Positions 26,101 to 32,000 of a stretch of DNA of 32,000 bases are shown here, in pieces. Positions within the stretch are counted from its first letter, which is position 1. The number at the start of each line of letters is the position of its first letter. Source of the stretch: Candidatus Kuenenia stuttgartensis (GTDB lineage: Bacteria; Planctomycetota; Brocadiia; Brocadiales; Brocadiaceae); assembly GCF_900232105.1 (NCBI RefSeq), contig NZ_LT934425.1, positions 780,001 through 812,000 of the forward strand. Direction: 5' to 3'. The position numbers and the translations under genes were made by a program. Below the pieces are notes generated by a model. The model was not told the origin of the DNA. It made no database searches and was given only the letters and a program-made list of their open reading frames with translations.

Positions 26101-27070
26101 CAGAGTAAGAAAGAACCCTGTGAAAAAGTTCCAAGGCCTGCGCATAATCACCAGACCGATAATAGTCCCATGCCCGCACGATATCCTCATTTTCCCTGCC
26201 ATTTCCGCCTTCGGCAGAAATCCCCATCCCTTCCATTGAATGAGGCGGATCGTCCATTCCGTCAAACGCACCATAATCGTCCTGCCCATAATGAGTTTTC
26301 CGTACAATCGATAACAGGTTCGACAGTCTTTCCTTCGTTACCGCGATATGAGGTGAATTTTCCAGAGCTTCCTGCGGCTCCGCACGATGATTGTTGATAA
26401 TAGTCGCCTGGGGATATCCGTTTTTCCGCAGCATATCAATATCTCCATGCAAATCCGACCGTTTCCCTGCCCCGCCTGCAAGAAGAAGGTAATAGTGACC
26501 ATCTTCCTTTATCCGCATGCGAAGACCGGTGGCATGGGAAATGTGTTTCGCGCGTTTTTCCGCTTCTTCCCGATTGGTGATATAGGCAACCCGGATGGTA
26601 TAGAAAGCGGCGTAATCATCCGCTCTTTCCCGCTTATTCTTTACTACTGGTGGCCTGGCGTTTGTTTGGTCCGGCAATATTTCCATAATAACAGGAATCG
26701 CTCTGTATGGGTCATTCACCACGGACGCCTGTGGATATCCATTCGCCCTGATAATGCTTTCAGACTCCGACAGATCAGAACGTCTCTCCGCTTTCCCCGC
26801 AAGGATGACATAATAATTTTGAGCGGTTCTTTTTATACAAACTGGAAGAAATATGTGTTGCGACAACTTCTTCACGCGCTTCTTTGCTTCTTCCAGATCA
26901 GTGACATAAGCAACTTGAATGGTGTACAAACGGGACGCCGGCGTTTGCGCTGATGTATCGGGGTTATTGAAAGAAGCGTATCCATCCTGCAACCCCAAAG
27001 AATATGCAATGGTTCTCTGTACCGCAAAAAAGATACAGCATAAAACCAGAAAACAGATATTTACTTTCAT
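23126..27070 (-). CDS. Giant bcs-operon protein: signal peptide + 2 SPOR-like modules + TPR-like helical array + unassigned C-terminal domain (BcsC/BcsK-like role, non-canonical)
   Basis: Track ORF 23126..27100. I prefer ATG 27070 (MKVNICFLVLCCIFFAV..., signal-like), 2 nt after the bcsZ stop TGA (27075..27073). The SPOR-like repeats are at 26714..26929 and 26396..26605. They read YTIQVAYVTDLEEAKKRVKKLS...YYVILAGKAERRSDL...ANGYPQASVVN and YTIRVAYITNREEAEKRAKHIS...YYLLLAGGAGKRSDL...KNGYPQATIIN. Helical TPR-like repeats cover residues ~300-1055. The last ~265 aa (23129..23923) are unassigned. Confidence 0.85.
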   Translation of the reverse strand: MKVNICFLVLCCIFFAVQRTIAYSLGLQDGYASFNNPDTSAQTPASRLYTIQVAYVTDLEEAKKRVKKLSQHIFLPVCIKRTAQNYYVILAGKAERRSDLSESESIIRANGYPQASVVNDPYRAIPVIMEILPDQTNARPPVVKNKRERADDYAAFYTIRVAYITNREEAEKRAKHISHATGLRMRIKEDGHYYLLLAGGAGKRSDLHGDIDMLRKNGYPQATIINNHRAEPQEALENSPHIAVTKERLSNLLSIVRKTHYGQDDYGAFDGMDDPPHSMEGMGISAEGGNGRENEDIVRAWDYYRSGDYAQALELFHRVLSYSETVLEAKLGKACCFVMQNDSTKAVPLLNELKEKNYALEKLADAFFRTGQFDEALELCDTMLFFDPSNREVLCLKLNMLVQTRQFREARMILAHMPKESDTLKMLQLRADLEFWLGNYGSAIVLYQDLISRWPENGDIWFGYFKALSSAQEWSLLSKAIKEGIDKIEMSDDRRDFLVEMYLSLEETEKALCLWRGMEVASERWRKTLFAIVNTLTANKKREAAVQVLKQALEMDGANSLIAGELSLQYASMDMPENGMEILRQFENTPETSSALNIAKAGLFSIVKNYETALSMLQAFEQNTGNDYKAQLIELECYYGLEDYEALIKKSASLLQKWGADESFPKSRVSALRILSQIKVGLHREAEREIGVLLETQKEKYTAAMLSVLLYAYKGVELLAALENADYGSAVFSISLFASSGQMEEHYQSIQALGASLAESSSWFDTMPQQFFEDELFFDASKVTALRMLHAWKIADELSGHNNADITEQLAMAEYRAGNFQEALEVYEQLYCMREDASYKLGMMECFMAMNNKKKAKEVCDEIQLSNLPRQEMPRYLENVVKCGIEREAFYRIIMELPEDLTKNTRVITAIAMANIHYGDYFLANNIVTEYLLNNQISLSLFQLIMDKAGDFDKGREGKHYQFAKNWLNDAVELYPENTGIQYQYARFLALHEEYEMAKKQFLAMWESNSRDTRAMIWMGKLNRQMHEFEESQKWYGLYLKTRPSDAIARREREFINHCALRKKQSDMVFAMVSQRMPGDYSGCWEWEAKRSEINETQESMFLQDAFTMNYRGKSHFFPYLEPVAFYGESGGGREGLRHEMPEQDAGAMGYSFDQTTGKWKQGTSIVFQGCNGAKGGSGNGDFLLPLSGRVNRYLAMDLPASMDHALSVEDKVMYFRKFGRATTDRLMATSHKDFKESLQNYVMGKIVPYQGEDKKGERFEIIRDGGINDIFDVSLRCDKEGMRKGFYALPPGELKNISAVLGRIFLSSLLGEG

Positions 27071-27072
27071 TT

Positions 27073-28107
27073 TCACTCTTCCGCCAGGAGGTACAGACAA
27101 TACGAATAATAATCTTTTTTATCATACACCAACCTTTCACTTGCTTCTTTGAACAATTTCTTGCTCAACGTTTTTTCACCCATCTTCTCCGCCGCCCTGG
27201 CAAATACGGCGTAAAAACCTGGCGGGGCATTTTGCAGTGAAATGCTGTCGTTTGCAACATCTACCCAAAGTGGAATAAAGCCCAGCTTATTATAAATATC
27301 CAGCATCTTCGCCAAACCTTCCGGAAACGGGGGATTTTCTTCCCACGAGAGATAGAGGAATACACGGATTGCCTCATAACCGAAATACGGTTTTCTTTCA
27401 TTACAAACAGCTATGTCCCTGCCCTCCAGCATTACCCAGTCTGCAGGCATTTTCAGCGACCCAAAACAAGATTTTGCAACGAGCAGCATGCTGTCTTTGT
27501 AAACCTTTTGCCAGAATGCTTCGGCGTCAACCTTTGCAAACGCACGATACGCTGAAAAAATAACATAGGAAGGGTTTACGATAAAACGATTATTCTCCCT
27601 TATAAATCCGTGATAACCGGGTAAAAGAAACTGGTGTCCGTTCCACTCCACCGCAAGATTCTCCCGCACACTTCTGATAATTTTCAAGGCGTTATTTTTA
27701 TAATTATTGTTGGGCCATTCTTCATCGGCTTTGATCAGTGCGTATGCGATGAGAATATCGCCGTCGGTGGCATTATTATAATCGACTACCCCCCAGACGC
27801 CGCTCGTTCTCTCTCCCCATTTCCACGCAAACAGATGATCGTTCCTTACCGCAATGTTATCCTGCGTCCACTGCCAAAGCTTATCAAACACGGCCTTATC
27901 ATTATACTTTACCGCCAGCAACATTCCGTATCCCTGCCCTTCGGAATGACTGATATGCCCATTGTAATAATCGACCACCCTGCCGTCCTGTCCGACAAAA
28001 TTCGACTTAAATGCTTCCCAAACAACCGGCTGCCGCCCGTATGTCATATTGCATATACCCAGCATAAAAAACACACCTATAATAATGCAACTTAATTTCT
28101 TATGCAC
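27073..28107 (-). CDS. bcsZ: Glycoside hydrolase family 8 endoglucanase (BcsZ)
   Basis: 344 aa with a signal peptide. GH8 catalytic block HSEGQGYGMLLAV and upstream W..FK..FV..DGRVVDY are present. It overlaps the bcsB stop by 8 nt. Confidence 0.88.
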   Translation of the reverse strand: MHKKLSCIIIGVFFMLGICNMTYGRQPVVWEAFKSNFVGQDGRVVDYYNGHISHSEGQGYGMLLAVKYNDKAVFDKLWQWTQDNIAVRNDHLFAWKWGERTSGVWGVVDYNNATDGDILIAYALIKADEEWPNNNYKNNALKIIRSVRENLAVEWNGHQFLLPGYHGFIRENNRFIVNPSYVIFSAYRAFAKVDAEAFWQKVYKDSMLLVAKSCFGSLKMPADWVMLEGRDIAVCNERKPYFGYEAIRVFLYLSWEENPPFPEGLAKMLDIYNKLGFIPLWVDVANDSISLQNAPPGFYAVFARAAEKMGEKTLSKKLFKEASERLVYDKKDYYSYCLYLLAEE

Positions 28108-30244
28108 TTTTCAACCTCCTCTTTCTAAAGCGATATAACAAATAGAAAACGGTTATTCCCAAAAACAGAAAAACAAAAACTAACAGATAAGCATAATACT
28201 TACTCATGGAATATATATACGCCTTTACCCGGGATATTTTACCGCCTTTACCGCTGAAATATTTTTTCCCTATATCAAAAGAATAGACCTTGTAATGAGG
28301 GGCGGAAGCAAGGTCAACCAATGTAAGATCGCCCTTGCACGCGCCTTCTACCGCAGGTTCTGTCAGCATCTTGCTAAAGGCATACAGCTCTTTCGGAGAA
28401 AACGCCGTGACCATCAATATCGTGCGTCCAACCCTGTAGGGGGATTTGAATTGCATTACGGCGCCTTTCGCCTTTCCAAAATCGCTTATTTGCCCACTGA
28501 AAGCAAGGGTTTTTTCATCCCGCCAGCTCTTCACCACCGGGTACGGGACGGAAGTATTTTTTGTAAGTTTCAAAGGGGCAAGTTCCTTTAAATCGTCCGG
28601 AATGCTTTCGGCGCTTCCCAAAATAATAATCTCACCGTCCCATGCGTCTGGTTTGCGAAAACCCATTTTAATTTCCAGGAGAGGAAATCCGTTTTTTTGA
28701 GTGATAGAACCAATGATGTTGAAGGCGGAAGCTATCACGCTGGACGTTGGCTGCGTCATAAAAAGAAACGTTTCGTGTCCGTCAGGCCAGCGGGTAAAAG
28801 GAAACCCGTTCAAAAAAAACAGCTCCAGCCTGGGCAATTCAACAAGATGCGGCATTGGCGGAAAAATAAATGTTGAATTATCGAATATGGTGAAGAAGAG
28901 ATTGTCTATGGGCTTCGGTTCACAATTGCTACTCATTGACGGGGCGAGCATCGGCGCAAAGGAAATAACGTTCGTTCCCGCCCGGAACAAATAGGTAGGG
29001 ATAGTGAGGTTGTATCCTGCCACAATAGCCCCCAATTCGTTATCAAGGCGAATAGCCCGTATATGTATTCCATTCAACAATACATTCAGAACGGAAAAAT
29101 TCCTCATGCCGGCGCCATATGCAAAGTGCAGGGAAAGATTTGCATATTGATTTTGCTTCACCAAAAAATCGGGCGGCAGGCGAAAGATGATTTCTTTCGG
29201 ATTAGGGGATAATCCTTTAAAAGTATACGTTTCAAGGTTAAGGGTTTTAAGGGTATATTTTTTATCGGGAACCAGCATGTGTTTGCCGCTGTACTGTGCA
29301 ACATCAGGGAGTTCAAACTTCACCGGCGTCATTTCGTCGGTGTCAGGAAAGGGAAAAGACATAATGGCGAACGTTTCCGCGGCCAGTTTCACCTGCTCGG
29401 TATGTTCTCCGGTAATTATAATTAAGGCGTGATGAGGGTCGCGTACGAATTTTTCCAGCGGAAGGTGTGTTATTTTCAAAAGGGCGCCGGCACCTTCATT
29501 GATTTCAACGCCCTTTTTTCTTAAAAAATCGTAGATAAAATCCTTTTTCCCCAAAAGGATATTGTCCACGTTGGGCTTGATATCTTTACTCACACTGAAA
29601 AATACCTGCCGGTAATCATATCGCAGCGCAATTCCGGAAGCCACGATGCCCGCATAATTGATCAACTCCTCGGAAGTAAGTCCCTCAGCAATGAAATTCA
29701 CCCTGCCGCGAGGAAAGATTTTCGGGTCAAATATAAATTCAGAAATCGCAGATAACCGCAAAGGAACCGGTTTTAAGCGGTATTCCACGCGTAAAATGGA
29801 TTCGTCAACCTTAATGGTTGTCCAGAGACCGGGAGCGCACGGGTCTTCACATTCATCGGTATAATGCTGCGTAACGGCAAAGCTGATGTTGTTGTAGCCG
29901 GTATCCAGTAAAATAGCAGGAATTGCCACCTTTACCTCCCCCTCAGGAACAATGGGGCTTAGCTTGATTTGCGCAATCGGATATCCATTCACTTTCACTA
30001 CCAGGGTAGACTTGTTTTCCAGCAGAGAAGATGAATTTACATATTGAAAACGCATGACTGCCTTTTCAATTTCCCATCGTTCAGGAACACTGACCGGGAT
30101 TGTGTATTCAGCGCTAATACATTTTAAATCGATGCTTTTAACAAGGGTATTGGTAAATTTATATAAGGGCACTTCTACTACTGCCGCATGCGCCAGATGT
30201 GCCAGGCAGAAGATGGTTGCTATACAGAGAAATAATTGTTTCAT
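28100..30244 (-). CDS. bcsB: Cellulose synthase regulatory (periplasmic) subunit BcsB
   Basis: 714 aa. Signal peptide (…LAHLAHA). Large periplasmic body. Single C-terminal TM anchor YAYLLVFVFLFLGITVFYLLY followed by RFRKRR, which is the BcsB topology. ATGA overlap with bcsA. Confidence 0.85.
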   Translation of the reverse strand: MKQLFLCIATIFCLAHLAHAAVVEVPLYKFTNTLVKSIDLKCISAEYTIPVSVPERWEIEKAVMRFQYVNSSSLLENKSTLVVKVNGYPIAQIKLSPIVPEGEVKVAIPAILLDTGYNNISFAVTQHYTDECEDPCAPGLWTTIKVDESILRVEYRLKPVPLRLSAISEFIFDPKIFPRGRVNFIAEGLTSEELINYAGIVASGIALRYDYRQVFFSVSKDIKPNVDNILLGKKDFIYDFLRKKGVEINEGAGALLKITHLPLEKFVRDPHHALIIITGEHTEQVKLAAETFAIMSFPFPDTDEMTPVKFELPDVAQYSGKHMLVPDKKYTLKTLNLETYTFKGLSPNPKEIIFRLPPDFLVKQNQYANLSLHFAYGAGMRNFSVLNVLLNGIHIRAIRLDNELGAIVAGYNLTIPTYLFRAGTNVISFAPMLAPSMSSNCEPKPIDNLFFTIFDNSTFIFPPMPHLVELPRLELFFLNGFPFTRWPDGHETFLFMTQPTSSVIASAFNIIGSITQKNGFPLLEIKMGFRKPDAWDGEIIILGSAESIPDDLKELAPLKLTKNTSVPYPVVKSWRDEKTLAFSGQISDFGKAKGAVMQFKSPYRVGRTILMVTAFSPKELYAFSKMLTEPAVEGACKGDLTLVDLASAPHYKVYSFDIGKKYFSGKGGKISRVKAYIYSMSKYYAYLLVFVFLFLGITVFYLLYRFRKRRLKSA

Positions 30245-32000
30245 TTTGTATGCAATCCCTCAAGCTTCATCTTTTTCAGCCACAATGACTGCATTTTCCC
30301 ATATATTACAAAAAAACTTTTTTTCAGTACGCTATACAATAATTTCGACGAAAGTGTAACGCAGTCCCTGCTCCCCTTTATACCCATACGCACAATAAAA
30401 TAGAAGATCCCCCACGGACTTACACGCTTAAACCGCTTCTGCAAAAAATCTTCCCATCTTTGACTGTCGCCATACACATATTTAATCAAACGCAATTGCG
30501 CCGCTTTTCCTTTTGCAACAAAATCACATCCGCAGAAAACATACTCTTTCTTTTTTATCTTACGGAATATTCTTGCATCAAATGCATATTTTTCCCCATA
30601 AATATCTCTGACGTTTAATACAACATCCTCTTCCGGTTTTATAGGAAACGGCGTTTTCAACTGCACCCCCATCCCTGAATACGAGATATCCTTTATTTCA
30701 CCCTGCACAATATACTTCATGCGCGGAAAATACACATTGACCTCGCCCCGCGCCCACATGCGATGATGACGGCGTATCTGCCTTCTCTCTACAAACGCAC
30801 CCAGCGACGCCACAGCGATAAAAAGATTAAACATCGTCCATGACAGGGTAATAAGGATAATATCCCGGTATAATGGGAATTGTATCCACTTTACTATCCC
30901 CACAGGAACACACACGGCAATTACCAGTACCATGAGAAGGAATGGAATTGCCTGCCTGGTGAGAACCGTTTCGTCCAGACTCTGTCCTTTCGGGGTAACC
31001 TTAAAGGTGGGATGCCGTGGATTTCTGATAACGGAAAATATCACGGGTATAAGGAATATAGACAGCACGCTTTCATATATTTCCGAAAAAAACGGCCATC
31101 TGAATTTGCCGTGGAGAAAGTCCGTCACAACAATACACCCAATAACGTGGGGCAATGCATATGCCACTATCTCTGCAAAAGATGCATGGTATACCTTCAA
31201 TCCGAATAATAAAAATGCCGCAGGGACAATATAAAAAATAAACCTCGAAAACCCAAAAAACCAGAATAGGGAAGCGCTCATATAACAGAGACGCTGATAC
31301 CATTTCATTCCTTTTGCGAATAAGGGATTCTTCAGTATGAAAATTTGTATCATACCCTGCGCCCAGCGGCTCCTTTGTACAAGCATATCATCAAAGTTCT
31401 CAGGCGACAATCCGCATACCATTGGCCTGTCGATATACACGCTATTATAGCCCTTGCTATGTAAAGCAACGGTTGTTTCCGCGTCTTCAGTTATCGTTTC
31501 GCCGGCAATTCCCCCAACCTCCATTAAATATTTTCTACGCAAAAGGGCGGCGGAACCGCAGAAATACGAAGCATTCCAGGAATCAAGGCCATGATGGATA
31601 CCGTGATAAAACATCTCATTCTCGCCGGGGGCTTCGCCAAATATCGCAAGATTTTTTTCAAACGGGTCAGGATTTATGAAAAAATGAGGTGTTTGCACAA
31701 GAAAAAGCATTTCATCTTTCAGAAACCATCCTGCCGTATTCCGTAAAATATCCCTTGTGGGTACATGGTCGCAATCCAATATGAGTACAAGCTCAGCGCT
31801 TGTGTGCTGCAGGGCATGGTTCAGATTCCCCGCCTTGGCATGCACATTTTGCTGCCGCGTAATATAACTGATACCCAGTTCCTTCGCCATCCTCTTCAGG
31901 GAATAATGCCTTTTCCACGCATCCATTCCCTTTTCGGGATGATTCCTTTTGGCGACAGTGCCGCCGTCATCCAGTATATAAACATTAAACTTGTCCTTTG
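30241..32000 (-). CDS. bcsA: Cellulose synthase catalytic subunit BcsA with C-terminal PilZ domain (5' end beyond window)
   Basis: The track starts at internal Met 31926. The frame stays open to the window edge (…KDKFNVYILDDGGTVAKRNHPEKGMDAW…). GT2 motifs: VYILDDG, HAKAGNLN, DCDH, TEDAET, QRSRW, FKVTPKG. PilZ: RRQIRRHHR ... DISYSGMG (~30502..30786). Multiple TM helices. Confidence 0.93.
   Translation of the reverse strand, partial: KDKFNVYILDDGGTVAKRNHPEKGMDAWKRHYSLKRMAKELGISYITRQQNVHAKAGNLNHALQHTSAELVLILDCDHVPTRDILRNTAGWFLKDEMLFLVQTPHFFINPDPFEKNLAIFGEAPGENEMFYHGIHHGLDSWNASYFCGSAALLRRKYLMEVGGIAGETITEDAETTVALHSKGYNSVYIDRPMVCGLSPENFDDMLVQRSRWAQGMIQIFILKNPLFAKGMKWYQRLCYMSASLFWFFGFSRFIFYIVPAAFLLFGLKVYHASFAEIVAYALPHVIGCIVVTDFLHGKFRWPFFSEIYESVLSIFLIPVIFSVIRNPRHPTFKVTPKGQSLDETVLTRQAIPFLLMVLVIAVCVPVGIVKWIQFPLYRDIILITLSWTMFNLFIAVASLGAFVERRQIRRHHRMWARGEVNVYFPRMKYIVQGEIKDISYSGMGVQLKTPFPIKPEEDVVLNVRDIYGEKYAFDARIFRKIKKKEYVFCGCDFVAKGKAAQLRLIKYVYGDSQRWEDFLQKRFKRVSPWGIFYFIVRMGIKGSRDCVTLSSKLLYSVLKKSFFVIYGKMQSLWLKKMKLEGLHTK

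Noticed and set aside
23126-27070. Calling the giant protein simply BcsC
   Set aside because: I see no C-terminal barrel-like region, and the N-terminal SPOR-like repeats are not part of canonical BcsC. I left the symbol empty and described it as BcsC/BcsK-like in role only.
23464-27240. Many plus-strand ORFs (up to 188 aa) and small minus-strand alternate-frame ORFs inside the giant bcs gene. Also ATG 27100 as its start.
   Set aside because: They are shadows of a 1,300-codon open frame. The start at 27100 would overlap bcsZ by 28 nt and prepend MSVPPGGRVK to the signal peptide. ATG 27070 sits 2 nt after the bcsZ stop.
27369-31679. Plus-strand ORFs opposite bcsZ, bcsB and bcsA (e.g. 27634..28095, 153 aa; 30054..30359; 30880..31234)
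   Set aside because: They are antisense to three genes with clear family signatures and coupled junctions.
1-32000. Search for CRISPR arrays, tRNA/rRNA genes, transposases, integrases and toxin-antitoxin or defence-island gene pairs
   Set aside because: No regularly spaced direct repeats with unique spacers. No tRNA-like T-arm or acceptor patterns in any spacer. No recombinase-like ORFs. The repeats present are palindromic or inverted-repeat elements, not CRISPR.

Overview
Gene-dense, moderately AT-rich bacterial chromosomal segment. I support 22 protein-coding genes plus one tentative micro-ORF. I found no rRNA, tRNA, CRISPR array, transposase or integrase. Order of features: (1) A minus-strand phosphate-uptake operon: OprO/P-type porin, pstS, then a long-form pstC that runs off the left edge and is absent from the ORF track. 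It has a phased Pho-box-like site upstream. (2) nifU-nifS (+). (3) htrA/degP (-). (4) A secreted PLD-fold protein with a degenerate HKD motif and two copies of an unassigned module (+). (5) A secreted ~17-unit TPR protein (+). (6) tilS (-). (7) A DUF192 protein (+). (8) A formylglycine-generating-enzyme-family protein (+). (9) A small hypothetical gene (-). (10) hisD-hisC (-). (11) udp (+). (12) A tightly packed era / DUF2851 / DUF374 row (+). (13) A tentative 53-aa Cys-rich micro-ORF (-). (14) A minus-strand cellulose-synthase operon: bcsA (5' end beyond the right edge), bcsB, bcsZ, and a 1,314-aa gene. The most unusual locus is that bcs operon. Its fourth gene is not a canonical BcsC. It encodes two N-terminal SPOR-like modules, a long TPR-like helical array, and a ~265-aa C-terminal region that does not look like an outer-membrane beta-barrel. 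Almost every intergenic gap carries long palindromic or nested inverted-repeat elements, and some sequence blocks recur between gaps, which suggests MITE/REP-like dispersed repeats. Several spacers also contain near-consensus sigma70-type promoters and intrinsic-terminator hairpins. The taxon cannot be established without a database search. The gene content and repeat style remind me of PVC/Planctomycetota-type genomes, but that is a low-confidence impression. All family assignments come from motif recognition by eye, not from searches.
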